From an uncultured Chloroflexia bacterium (GTDB lineage: Bacteria > Chloroflexota > Limnocylindria > Limnocylindrales > CSP1-4): a stretch of 64,000 bases of DNA. The stretch covers positions 2,080,001-2,144,000 of the forward strand of contig CAWHDR010000001.1 in assembly GCA_963828165.1 (NCBI GenBank), given 5' to 3'. This document shows positions 46,265 through 55,300 of the stretch, piece after piece. The first letter of the stretch is position 1; the number at the start of each line of letters is the position of its first letter. A model generated the notes under the pieces. That model was not told the origin of the DNA. It did not search any database and saw nothing but the letters and a program-made list of their open reading frames with translations. A program made the position numbers and the translations under genes.

Positions 46265-47056
46265 CTATCCAGTTGGCGTATCCAGATGCCGCCGCAAGAA
46301 TTTCAGCGTCTCGGCGGCGGCAACTTCCGCGTCGGGGTTCGTGGGCGCGACGACGCCGTCCTTTAGGACTGAGTGACGGTGTGAAGCCGCGGTTCCTACT
46401 TGCCGCCGCTCGCACGCCGAAAACACGATCTGAGTCCGGCCATATCGCTCGCTGGGTGACATCCAGTCGCCTTCATATCGCATCGTCCTGATCGACGCTC
46501 CCGGGCCACGAAGCCCTTGGACCTCTGCTAAGTCGCTTTCCGATAATCCAAGGGCTTGCCGCTGGGTTCGGGTGATGGGGAACGGCAAGGATGGCTGGCT
46601 CATGACGGCGGCCGTGACCGTGGGTTCGACCATCGCCCCCAGCGCGAAGCCTCCCGAAAAGCACATCCCGATGACGACTACCCGCGACTTGCCCCCGTTT
46701 GCGACCGTTCTGGCGTACGCTCGCAACCACTCGACGATGGCTCCCGTCCGGCTTGACGAGAGCGCGGCCATCTCTGACGCAAAGCAAATTCGCAGGATGC
46801 CCTCGAGGTCGCGCAACCTCCGTGAACCATGGCGCGGCATCTCCAAGAGCTCGGGAAGGAGTACCCGGAAGCCGGCCGCTTGAAGCCAGCCCGCGATGGC
46901 TAGCGTCGACGACGAGATGCCCGGTGATTCATGCATCAGGATGACGGAGGGCCCCCGTCCCTCGAGGACCAACACCCGGCGAGTGATCACACCGCGCGAA
47001 GTTTCGGCCTCAAACGTGACCGACGAGTAGCCGGGCGGCGTGGGCACCGGAGCCAT
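46265..47056 (-). CDS. dienelactone hydrolase family protein
   Basis: LMHESPG, IGMCFSGG (Cys nucleophile), SQPSLP, GD, HSVL. Confidence 0.85.
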   Translation of the reverse strand: MAPVPTPPGYSSVTFEAETSRGVITRRVLVLEGRGPSVILMHESPGISSSTLAIAGWLQAAGFRVLLPELLEMPRHGSRRLRDLEGILRICFASEMAALSSSRTGAIVEWLRAYARTVANGGKSRVVVIGMCFSGGFALGAMVEPTVTAAVMSQPSLPFPITRTQRQALGLSESDLAEVQGLRGPGASIRTMRYEGDWMSPSERYGRTQIVFSACERRQVGTAASHRHSVLKDGVVAPTNPDAEVAAAETLKFLRRHLDTPTG

Positions 47057-47061
47057 AGGTC

Positions 47062-47991
47062 TTACGCCGATCCAGTCGGGCGGTTGCCGTCCGCGACTAG
47101 GGCTTCATGGATTACCGGTGGAACCGCGGCGTGGTGCCAGTATGAAGAATGCGCGAGGCTCCAGGACCGTTCCTCGCCCTCAATCCTGTGGTCGCGAACC
47201 GCCGACCCGTCAGACAGTCGAAAGACCTTGCCTGCCAGGAAGGCGAGCGGATCCATGGCGTGCCAGATACTGAGCCACGACCCGATCGTGTCGGGAAGGA
47301 CTACGGGTCGTCCAGGAACATACGGCTCGAGCGCCCTCGCGCCGCCGCTCGGCGGAAGGAGGACACGCTGGCGTGGATCCAGCACGTGGAGTGCGGCCGA
47401 CTGACTTCCGACCGTGATCAGGTGCTTGATATGGATTTCGGGTGCCGTGCTAGCCGCGGCGTCGAAGGCGATGATCCCGCCCAGGCTATGCCCGATCACC
47501 GAAATGGGGCGATCGGCGGTTCCTAGGGTCGGATCGATGCCACGAAGTACCTCGCGCATTCGCACCTGGATCCGATCTCGAGCACTGACGTAGGTAAAGA
47601 CATCCCCGATGCCTTCCGCCGCAGGCGGTAGCGTCGCGACGCGGATCTTGGTCGTCGCTCGCTCCGCCCAGTCCTCGAACGGCCATTTGGTGAATAAACG
47701 ATCAATGAGCCAACCGAGCCGCCCGGGCAATCCGAAACCCGCGCCCACGGAAGGGATGTCGAGTCGGATCGTCGCCATGGTCTCGATCCCAGGGATCGTA
47801 TCGACGATGCCGGCGAAATCCGGCTGCAGATCACCCCAGTACGCGGGATAGAACCGATAACGAGGACCACCGGCGATCGCGTTCACAGTTCGCTGGAGAG
47901 ACTCGACTGACGCGCCAAACGAACTGGCGTCGCGGTTGGCCACGCCGTAAATCACGAGGACGGGTTCGGCCTGAATGCCCAAATCCCCCAC
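47062..47991 (-). CDS. alpha/beta hydrolase (lipase-like), paralog of 2-724
   Basis: YGVANR, YWGD, GDVFTY, IGHSLGG, LITVGSQ, DPLAF, AHSSYW; GAGGAGG RBS. Confidence 0.85.
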   Translation of the reverse strand: MGDLGIQAEPVLVIYGVANRDASSFGASVESLQRTVNAIAGGPRYRFYPAYWGDLQPDFAGIVDTIPGIETMATIRLDIPSVGAGFGLPGRLGWLIDRLFTKWPFEDWAERATTKIRVATLPPAAEGIGDVFTYVSARDRIQVRMREVLRGIDPTLGTADRPISVIGHSLGGIIAFDAAASTAPEIHIKHLITVGSQSAALHVLDPRQRVLLPPSGGARALEPYVPGRPVVLPDTIGSWLSIWHAMDPLAFLAGKVFRLSDGSAVRDHRIEGEERSWSLAHSSYWHHAAVPPVIHEALVADGNRPTGSA

Positions 47992-48001
47992 TGCCTCCTC
48001 C

Positions 48002-48643
48002 TCAAATCCCCGGAAGCATACGCTCGGTCCGAGCGTTCAGCGGCGTGATTCGACCCTTGCCGGCTGGAAGAAGCTTCAGCCTTTGCCTTGAAAAATCTGC
48101 CGCCCGCTTGCGACGGGCGGCAAACCCCCAGCCCGAGGCTCCCGCCACCGTATCGGCGTATACGGCCCGATACTCCTCAGAGCTGGTAGCGAAATTGCAC
48201 GGCTCAAACGCATTCAAGAAGTCCTTGGCGATGCCGCCACCGAGCACGCCGTCGAAGTCATCGAACGCCTTGATGAATGCGGCCGACAGGAATCCGGTTA
48301 CGGCCGCGGCAGAAGCGGTCAGAACCTGTTTGGTATCTGCCGGAGTGCCCTCCGGCGTCTGCTGAGCCAGCCACACAGCGACCACGATGGACGCAGCCAC
48401 CGCGATCGCTGGAACCGCCAGGAGGGTCAGCGACCAACCTTCGAGGAGTGGGAGGGCGCCATTCGGATTCTTGCGAAGCTGCGTTTGGCCCACGCGCCGC
48501 GAAACAAATCCGATGAGCATTACCGCGGCCGTAACGACGATCGGTACGGCGAGGGAAACACTTGTTTGATAAGCGAGCCATGCCAGACCCACGCCGGCGA
48601 TTGCGGCAATTAGGCCGGGGAGGGCTTTGAGCATGGCGCTCAT
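48002..48643 (-). CDS. four-TM membrane protein
   Basis: Four hydrophobic segments, soluble C-terminal tail; ATGA overlap with upstream gene. Confidence 0.7.
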   Translation of the reverse strand: MSAMLKALPGLIAAIAGVGLAWLAYQTSVSLAVPIVVTAAVMLIGFVSRRVGQTQLRKNPNGALPLLEGWSLTLLAVPAIAVAASIVVAVWLAQQTPEGTPADTKQVLTASAAAVTGFLSAAFIKAFDDFDGVLGGGIAKDFLNAFEPCNFATSSEEYRAVYADTVAGASGWGFAARRKRAADFSRQRLKLLPAGKGRITPLNARTERMLPGI

Positions 48644-48891
48644 TGGTCGACACGTTCGCTGCAATGTCGCGGATTGTGATTGCAGCAATAGCGAAGCCCG
48701 TCGTCACCTAGCTCCAGATGCAAAGGAGAAGGAGGGCGCGATCGATGGCATTCACTACCCTCGGCCGCAACAACGCTCAGGACGCGCGACGAAGCAAGCG
48801 AACGGAGAATCTGCGAGTCCGGATCCTCTGCGCGATCCGCCGCCTCCAGGAGTGCGGATCGCAGGACAAATTCCAGTCGATCGTTCTCCAT
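48640..48891 (-). CDS. small Cys/His-rich hypothetical protein (possible metal binder)
   Basis: GAGGG RBS; ECH...YCCNHNPRHC; stop overlaps the next start. Confidence 0.6.
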   Translation of the reverse strand: MENDRLEFVLRSALLEAADRAEDPDSQILRSLASSRVLSVVAAEGSECHRSRPPSPLHLELGDDGLRYCCNHNPRHCSERVDQ

Positions 48892-49208
48892 ACTCGTGCC
48901 CTCCCAGCGTGGACGATGGGGCGGCGTAGTCGTGCCACCATCCCAAGTGCGCGCATATATATCGCACCGCTGTCAATCCCGAAGTCAAATCACAGTTGTT
49001 TCCACCTAGTCTGTCTGGATTGCGGCCATCGCTCGTCGTCGGCGTCGGCCTGTTTTTACCGCTTCGCGGCAGGCCCGGTCATCTTCCTCGTGGCGACTGA
49101 TCGCAAATCCGGGCTGCGGCGACCGATCTCGGTGCTCCAAGCACTCGAGTCGAGGGATTGATTCACGGGAACAGTGGTTGGCTTGGACAACGCTGCGCAT
49201 CCCCGAGA

Positions 49209-50429
49209 TCACGACGTTCGGCCCGGAACGGTTCCGCGTGTTCGGGCTGCCGGAGACCCTCCCGACCTGATGTCACGATGCGGCCCCGCGGCGTCGTCAC
49301 CCGGACCTGCCCCCTCAATCACCACGATCGCCAGCAGCGCCGCCGCGACCGCGGCGAGCGGCCAGACAGGTGGCATTGACGCCACCAGTGCGAGAGCGCC
49401 GAGCATCACGGGAAGGATCAGGAGCCGGGGCACCAGGATCCGGCCGCCGAGCAATCGATACGACAGCGCCGAGAAGGCCACGAACAGCGACACGCCGATG
49501 CCGAGTGAGGCCAACACGGCGGCCGAGGCGGGTTCGTCGGGATGTGCCGCGATCTCCTCGATCGCCACCGCGAACCCGACGATGCCGCCGATCAGGGGGA
49601 AGTGGGCGAGGCTGAACGCATCCCGCGCCAGCGGGCCCAGTCGCTCGGGCGGGGCTGCCGCGTATCGATGCTCGAGCGCCTCCTTCAACCAGCCGAAGTA
49701 GGTCCACCACAGCAGGCTGGCGACGAGGATCGTCACGACGGCGGCCGACGCCAGGGCCACAGTTCGCTCGTCACTGGCCACCGCGGTCCCCGCGACGATG
49801 AGGGACTCGCCGATCGCGATGATCACGAACAGGGCGTGCCGTTCGGCGAGGTGCGACGGATTGAGGTCCCAGCTCGCGCCCCGGCCGGCCCACGCCGCCG
49901 CGATCACGTCGGCGACGATCGCAAGGAGCCAGAACAGAGGCCGCAACGACGGATCGACAACGGCCCCGATCAGTACGAGCGCCAGGCCGATGGTCGAGAG
50001 GGCCGACCAGGCGATCACGACGGTATGGCTGGCGTCGGCGCGTTCGCGATCCACGCCCACCTGGAGGGCCAGCCCGAGCGCGCGGACGAGGACGTACGGC
50101 ACCGCGAACCAAAGAGCGTCTTCGGCGAAGGCGCGCGTGACGGAAGCCGCCATGACCAGAGCGACGCCAGTCGCCACGAGGGTCACAACGCGAACGCCGG
50201 GATGGGTCGTGTCGGCCGGGTTGAGCGTCCACGTGAACTGCGTCCACGCCCACCAGATGAGCCACCCCAGCAGGATCGATCGGAGGACGCCGTCGGGTGT
50301 CAGGTCATGCGCCGTCAGGGCGGTGAGCTGCGTGATCGCAAAGACGAAGACAAGGTCGAAGAAGAGTTCGACGAAGGTCACCGATTGCGGGTCGGATGTC
50401 CGCAGATTGGACGGGAGTCGCGCACGCAT
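49209..50429 (-). CDS. ltrA: low temperature requirement protein A family membrane protein
   Basis: VTFVELFFDLVFVFAITQ, IWWAW, HLAERHALFVIIAIGES, LWWTYF. Confidence 0.93.
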   Translation of the reverse strand: MRARLPSNLRTSDPQSVTFVELFFDLVFVFAITQLTALTAHDLTPDGVLRSILLGWLIWWAWTQFTWTLNPADTTHPGVRVVTLVATGVALVMAASVTRAFAEDALWFAVPYVLVRALGLALQVGVDRERADASHTVVIAWSALSTIGLALVLIGAVVDPSLRPLFWLLAIVADVIAAAWAGRGASWDLNPSHLAERHALFVIIAIGESLIVAGTAVASDERTVALASAAVVTILVASLLWWTYFGWLKEALEHRYAAAPPERLGPLARDAFSLAHFPLIGGIVGFAVAIEEIAAHPDEPASAAVLASLGIGVSLFVAFSALSYRLLGGRILVPRLLILPVMLGALALVASMPPVWPLAAVAAALLAIVVIEGAGPGDDAAGPHRDIRSGGSPAARTRGTVPGRTS

Positions 50430-50560
50430 CCCGGCAGCGTAGCGGACGCCGAAACCTCAAAAGGAGTCAGTAGTCCGTATGGGTGATGACCTCACCGAAA
50501 CAGGCCGGGATACTAGTGGTCCGGGCGCCGCGCGTGGTGCCATCGTCACCTGGGGGATCG

Positions 50561-51610
50561 GTGTCGGAATTCTGCCCGCAATGCGGGGCAGCGCGCCTTG
50601 GCGCGTTCCGCTTCTGCCGCGGTTGCCGTCTCGACTTCGACGCGCTCGTGCCCGATGGCGGAGCTCCTGTTGCGAGCCTCCCTCCTAGTCAACCACCCTT
50701 GGCCGGCCCTGCCGCTGGCCACACGGGTCGCCGATTCACGCGACGTCGCGTGCTCATCGGCTGCTTTGCCACCCTGTTTGGGCTAGCCGCCATCGGATCG
50801 CTCGTGCCCCCAGATCCCGACCTTGGGACGGCCGCGGTTTCAAATCCGACGCCGACGGCGCTCGTTACGGCGACGCCGGCGTCGACTGACGAACTTCTTC
50901 CGGGTCCAGTCGCCGCATTCGGTCCGATTGGTCCGACGACGGAGGCGACGGTCGTGCGGGTCGTCGACGGTGACACGATCGTGGTCGCCTATGACGGCGC
51001 GGAGCACAGAGTCAGGTACATCGGCATGGATGCTCCTGAGACCGAGGATCCGAACAGCCTGATCGAATGGATGGGTCCGGAGGCGAGTGCCGCGAACGCC
51101 GACTTGGTCGAGGGCCGGACGGTCTTCCTCGAAAAGGATGTCTCCGAAGTCGACCGATTCGATCGCTTGCTTCGCCACGTCTGGCTGGCCGAGGGAACCA
51201 ACTGGACGCTGGTCAACCTCGTGCTCGTCCGCCAGGGCGTCGCGATCGCTCGGAGCTATCCACCCGACGTCAGATACGACGAGCTCTACCGCGCCGGAGT
51301 CGCCGACGCGCAGTCGTCCGCGCTGGGACTCTATGGCTCGACACCTGCGCCAACAGCTAACCCAACGGCAAAACCCACGGCCAATCCAACACCGAAACCG
51401 GCTCCGAAGCCAACCCCGCGTCCGACGCCTAAGCCAACGGCGAAGCCGAAGCCAGCTTCCAAGTGCCACCCTTCGTACAGCCCCTGCCTACCCATTGTTG
51501 GCGACCTCAACTGCCCCGACGTAAGGGCCATGGGCAGGGCCCCGGTCGACGTCATCGGGCCAGATGAATACGGACTCGACCGCGACGATGACGGGCTCGG
51601 TTGCGAGTAG
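50561..51610 (+). CDS. thermonuclease (SNase) with N-terminal zinc ribbon, TM anchor and C-terminal Excalibur-like Ca-binding motif
   Basis: FCPQCG...FCRGC; VVDGDTI, RYIGMDAPE, DRFDRLLRHV; DLNCPD...LDRDDDGLGCE. Confidence 0.9.
   Translation: MSEFCPQCGAARLGAFRFCRGCRLDFDALVPDGGAPVASLPPSQPPLAGPAAGHTGRRFTRRRVLIGCFATLFGLAAIGSLVPPDPDLGTAAVSNPTPTALVTATPASTDELLPGPVAAFGPIGPTTEATVVRVVDGDTIVVAYDGAEHRVRYIGMDAPETEDPNSLIEWMGPEASAANADLVEGRTVFLEKDVSEVDRFDRLLRHVWLAEGTNWTLVNLVLVRQGVAIARSYPPDVRYDELYRAGVADAQSSALGLYGSTPAPTANPTAKPTANPTPKPAPKPTPRPTPKPTAKPKPASKCHPSYSPCLPIVGDLNCPDVRAMGRAPVDVIGPDEYGLDRDDDGLGCE
51345..51456 (+). repeat. Pro/Thr/Lys-rich 4-aa tandem repeat linker
   Basis: PTANPTAKPTANPTPKPAPKPTPRPTPKPTAKPKP. 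Confidence 0.8.
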
Positions 51611-51655
51611 GGCTCGGAGAATTGATTGACTGTCGATACGAAAGAGGGAGCATCG

Positions 51656-52411
51656 ATGCGGGATCAGTTCAACGCGTTCGTCGCGAATCACGCGATGGCC
51701 TGGGAGCTGGCCATGGCGGCGTTGGCCATCGTCTACGTGGCGATCGGGTTCGCCCGGGACGCGACTGGGACACCGGCGCCGGCGGTTGAGATGGGGGAGC
51801 TGGTCCTGACGGTCGTCTTCGTCGCCGAGTTCGCGACCCGAATCGCGGCTACCAGAAACCGTGGTCGGTACCTGCGCGACCACGTACTCGACCTTGTCGC
51901 CCTCATCCCCATCGCTCGCGGCGTCCGAGTCTTCAGGCTGCTCAGGCTGCTCAGGCTCGTCCGGGCGTTCACCGGACTTCGCCGCGCCTTCCTCAGCGTC
52001 GAGCGCGTCGCCAACCACCACGGCCTAGGAACGTTGGTGATCGCCTGGTTCGGCACGATGCTCCTCTGTTCGTGGGCATTCCTGCTGGCGGAGAGTGGGT
52101 CCAACCCCCTCGTTGACGATGCCGGCGACGCAATGTGGTGGGGACTGATGACGCTGACCGGTGGACCGTCAACGATCCAGGCTGTCACGCTCGAGGGCCA
52201 ATGGATCACGGCCATCCTGTTGATCGTCGGTGTGGCACTTTTTACGGGCATCACCGCCGTACTGGTGAGCTTCCTCGTCGCCACCGATCGAAAGCCAGGA
52301 TTTGCGGACGATCTTCGTTCGCTCGAAACTGCCCGAGCCGAAGGCACCATCACCGAGGCTGAGTTCGAACAGACCAGGGCCGCGATCCTCGCCCGCCTTC
52401 AACGGGCGTAG
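51656..52411 (+). CDS. voltage-gated-type ion channel homolog with atypical filter and SHOCT-like tail
   Basis: S4 RGVRVFRLLRLLRLVR; pore helix DAMWWGLMTLT; filter region TGGPST; EGTITEAEFEQTRAAIL. Confidence 0.85.
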   Translation: MRDQFNAFVANHAMAWELAMAALAIVYVAIGFARDATGTPAPAVEMGELVLTVVFVAEFATRIAATRNRGRYLRDHVLDLVALIPIARGVRVFRLLRLLRLVRAFTGLRRAFLSVERVANHHGLGTLVIAWFGTMLLCSWAFLLAESGSNPLVDDAGDAMWWGLMTLTGGPSTIQAVTLEGQWITAILLIVGVALFTGITAVLVSFLVATDRKPGFADDLRSLETARAEGTITEAEFEQTRAAILARLQRA

Positions 52412-52434
52412 AAGTCCCCGTCCTAAGGAGCGCC

Positions 52435-53034
52435 ATGGCGCCTGTCCCACCTCCCATCCGGGTCCCCGGTCCGGCCGGTCCAGCGCCGAGGTGCACCGAA
52501 TGCGGCGCTCTCAGGGCGATCGACGCCAGGTTCTGTCCGGAATGTGGGACCGCCTACAGCCCCGCTGCGGCGCGACCGACGAAGGTTCGAGCCGACATGG
52601 GTGTGGGCGCCGGGTTCCGCTTCGGCATCGGCTTCTTTCTCGCGGCGGCGTTGTTTTCGGTCATCGCGTCGCTCGTTTCGCTCCTCTTGCTGGGAGCGTT
52701 CGTCAGCGCCATCACCACATCGATCGCTGGACTGGGCTCAACTGGATCATCGAGTTTTGATGGGTCAGGAAACGCCGAGTCCACGCCGTTCCGCCTGAAG
52801 GGCGATGTCAAGGTGGCGTGGACAGCGACGGCGCCAGGTTCCGCTGCCTGTCGACACCGTGGTGCCCTCACGCGAGCGGATCGACCGATCGCGAGCGAGA
52901 TCGTCGTGGACCTCGCGATCACGACCCAGCAATCGGGAACGTATACGGCCGTGGGCCTGCCCGAGGCCGACTACGTCCTTGATATCGGCTCGACATGCGG
53001 CTGGACGTTTCGACTGACTCCAGAGCAGCCGTAG
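52435..53034 (+). CDS. zinc-ribbon membrane protein
   Basis: CTECG...FCPECG, one long TM, extracellular beta domain; AAGGAG RBS. Confidence 0.75.
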   Translation: MAPVPPPIRVPGPAGPAPRCTECGALRAIDARFCPECGTAYSPAAARPTKVRADMGVGAGFRFGIGFFLAAALFSVIASLVSLLLLGAFVSAITTSIAGLGSTGSSSFDGSGNAESTPFRLKGDVKVAWTATAPGSAACRHRGALTRADRPIASEIVVDLAITTQQSGTYTAVGLPEADYVLDIGSTCGWTFRLTPEQP

Positions 53035-53184
53035 GTCGAACGAGCGGCAACGACCGTCGGATCGACGGCGTCGTGCTCGCAACCATGGATGTTCGACCAC
53101 ATTGCTTCGGCGCAGCCGCAAGCATCGCTATGCTGGATGCGCGTCCTGATATCGCCTGCTTGCGAACCCCTTGGAGATTGCCTC

Positions 53185-53652
53185 ATGACGGTCGCGCAAC
53201 CCAAATCCCCACGGCTTCCACCGCGGTTCATCGTTCGTGGCGCCTGGGTGCTGCACCGCGCCATGCATCGGCTGACCGGCGGTCGCCGCGGACTCTGGAA
53301 GCCGCGACCCGGAAAGTGGGGGACGATGCGACTCACGACGGTCGGCCGCAAGACCGGCAATGAGCGCAGCGCGATCCTCGGCTATTACGAAGACGGGCCG
53401 AACCTCGTCACGATGGCGATGAACGGTTGGGCGGAACCCGAGCCCGCCTGGTGGCTCAACCTGCAGGCCAAACCCGACGTGACCGTCGAGCTGAAGGACG
53501 GCACCCGTGCGGTCAGGGGTCGTGCGGCCGAAGGCGCCGAACGGGAGCGCCTGTGGGCGAGGTGGAGCGAGTTTGGCGACGCTCCCGACGGCTACGCAAG
53601 CCGACGTCCGACCCAGACGGAGGTCGTGGTCCTCGAGCCGCGGACCGACTGA
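53185..53652 (+). CDS. deazaflavin-dependent nitroreductase family protein
   Basis: LTTVGRKTGNER, PAWWLNLQAKP, EVVVLEPR. Confidence 0.9.
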   Translation: MTVAQPKSPRLPPRFIVRGAWVLHRAMHRLTGGRRGLWKPRPGKWGTMRLTTVGRKTGNERSAILGYYEDGPNLVTMAMNGWAEPEPAWWLNLQAKPDVTVELKDGTRAVRGRAAEGAERERLWARWSEFGDAPDGYASRRPTQTEVVVLEPRTD

Positions 53653-53668
53653 GCCGCCACCGACAGCA

Positions 53669-54160
53669 TCAGCTCAGCGGCTGGCTTCGCTCCCCCTCCC
53701 CGGGCTTCCAGATCGTGATCGTCAGCTGGCCGTCCCGGAATTCGACCGACGAGGCGCCGGCGAGGTCGGCGACGTAGAACGGATCGAACTTCTGGCCCCG
53801 GAGGTCGAACCCGGACTCCGCGAACAGGTCCTCGGCAAACCGCGCGTGCAGCTCCAGATCCTGGACGTTCCGCGCCTCGCCCCAGACCTTGGCGTCACCG
53901 TCGGTAAGGTGCGTATCGACCGTCGCGGTGTGCAGGGAGAACCGCGGATCGCGAGCCAGGTCGCGGAACTTCGTCGTGTTCGGCATCCCGACGAGGACCA
54001 GGTGACCATCGAGGATCCGCGGCTCCATCGGGCTGATGCGGGGAGCTCCATCGGATCGAAGCGTGGCCAGGAAGCAGAGGTTGCCCGTCGCCTTGTGGCG
54101 GCGCACGAATACCTCGGCGATCCCCGGCGCTTCCCGGGCGAGTTCGTTCCAGTCGACCAT
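53669..54160 (-). CDS. pyridoxamine 5'-phosphate oxidase-like (split-barrel) protein
   Basis: LATLRSDGAPRISPME, KFRDLARDPRFSLH. Confidence 0.88.
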   Translation of the reverse strand: MVDWNELAREAPGIAEVFVRRHKATGNLCFLATLRSDGAPRISPMEPRILDGHLVLVGMPNTTKFRDLARDPRFSLHTATVDTHLTDGDAKVWGEARNVQDLELHARFAEDLFAESGFDLRGQKFDPFYVADLAGASSVEFRDGQLTITIWKPGEGERSQPLS

Positions 54161-54182
54161 CCGCCAAGACTACGATGGGCGC

Positions 54183-54558
54183 GTGACGGACGTGCGTTCG
54201 GGTCGCATGGACGAGGGGCGCGCCGCGCTCGCCGACTACCAGTGGGCGGCGGCACTCGCGGCCTTCCGGCCATCGCGCTCATTCGCCTCCGTCGAGCAGC
54301 GGCCGACGTACGTTCGACGCGGCCCTCGCCGACCACCAACGCGCCCGCGATGAGCGGACCCGCGCGATGTTCGATTTCACCAAGCAGCTTGTCGGCTTCG
54401 ACCCACCGAGCGAGGAGGACGCCGCGCTCTTCGCGGCCATCGCCGCCGATACCCAGGCCTCCAACGACTTCGCCAGCGTCCTTGCCGGCACGATGTCCGT
54501 CGAGGCGTTCTTCGATCCGGCGAACCTCGGCCGCCTGATCGGCGAACCTGCGGCCTAA
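54183..54558 (+). pseudogene. chimeric remnant: TPR/LuxR-like N-terminus joined out of frame to the C-terminus of a flavin-dependent oxidoreductase
   Basis: MDEGRAALADYQWAAALAAF then FDAALADHQRARDERTRAMFDFT...AFFDPANLGR. Confidence 0.5.
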
Positions 54559-54562
54559 CCGC

Positions 54563-55207
54563 TCACGGGTCCACCCTGATCGACCCAGCGGCGACCCCTT
54601 CCATGAGGCCGACGAGGACTGCCACGACCTCGTCGTCGGAGAGGCCGCCGCCAGCCAGGGATCGCCACGTCGTGAAGGCGATGGCGTGGCCCAGCACGGC
54701 CTTGAAGGTCAGCTGGCGGTCCGGTTCGATCTGCCAGCCCTCGATCAACGTGTCGATCAGCGCGATCATCCGCGCCTCGAACGCGTCTGGCGTCGTCGAT
54801 GGTGGCGCACCGGGATCAACGTCGAAGAGGACGTTGCCGAGCATCTGCTCGTTCGCCCGGTACCAGGCGATCATCTCGGTCAGGCCGTGCCGCAGCCGGT
54901 CCAGCGGGCCGGCGATCGTGCGCCACCCGTCCGGTTCCGGCATGCGGGTCGAGCGGATCCCGTGCACCGTGCAAGCCTCGTAGAGCAATTCGAGATCCGG
55001 GAAGTGCGCATAGACCGTGTGCCGCTGCAGACCGGCGCGCTCGGCGATGGCGCGGATCGTGGTGCGCGACGGGCCGACCGTCGCATGGAGCTCGAAGGTC
55101 GCGGCGACGATGCGCTCGCGCGTTTGCTCGACCGCGGTCTGCCGGCGGCCCATCCGGTATGGCCGGCGCGCCGCCGGCGTTCGATCGGGTTTCGTCTGCC
55201 CAGCCAT
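54563..55207 (-). CDS. TetR/AcrR-family regulator
   Basis: TRERIVAAT...TIRAIAERAGLQRHTVYAHFPD. Confidence 0.92.
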   Translation of the reverse strand: MAGQTKPDRTPAARRPYRMGRRQTAVEQTRERIVAATFELHATVGPSRTTIRAIAERAGLQRHTVYAHFPDLELLYEACTVHGIRSTRMPEPDGWRTIAGPLDRLRHGLTEMIAWYRANEQMLGNVLFDVDPGAPPSTTPDAFEARMIALIDTLIEGWQIEPDRQLTFKAVLGHAIAFTTWRSLAGGGLSDDEVVAVLVGLMEGVAAGSIRVDP

Positions 55208-55280
55208 GTGCACCGAAAGTATTGACCGCGGCCGGTGTGGGCGCTATGGTCTGTCGCACATGATTGCACATGCATGTGCA
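55205..55280. promoter_or_regulatory. TetR operator and promoter of the cupin gene
   Basis: Perfect 16-bp palindrome TGCACATGCATGTGCA (55265-55280), half-site CATGTGCA over the TetR start; TTGACC-N17-TATGGT (55222-55250). Confidence 0.75.
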
Positions 55281-55300
55281 TCGAAATTGGAGGCGAGCTG

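Noticed and set aside
42932-48891. Prophage lysis module
   Set aside because: No integrase, terminase, capsid, tail or att repeats were seen; decayed phage origin is not fully excluded
48900-49200. AT-rich intergenic region as an ncRNA or defined promoter
   Set aside because: A TTGACA is present on the minus strand (48976-48971), but there is no well-spaced -10 and no convincing structure
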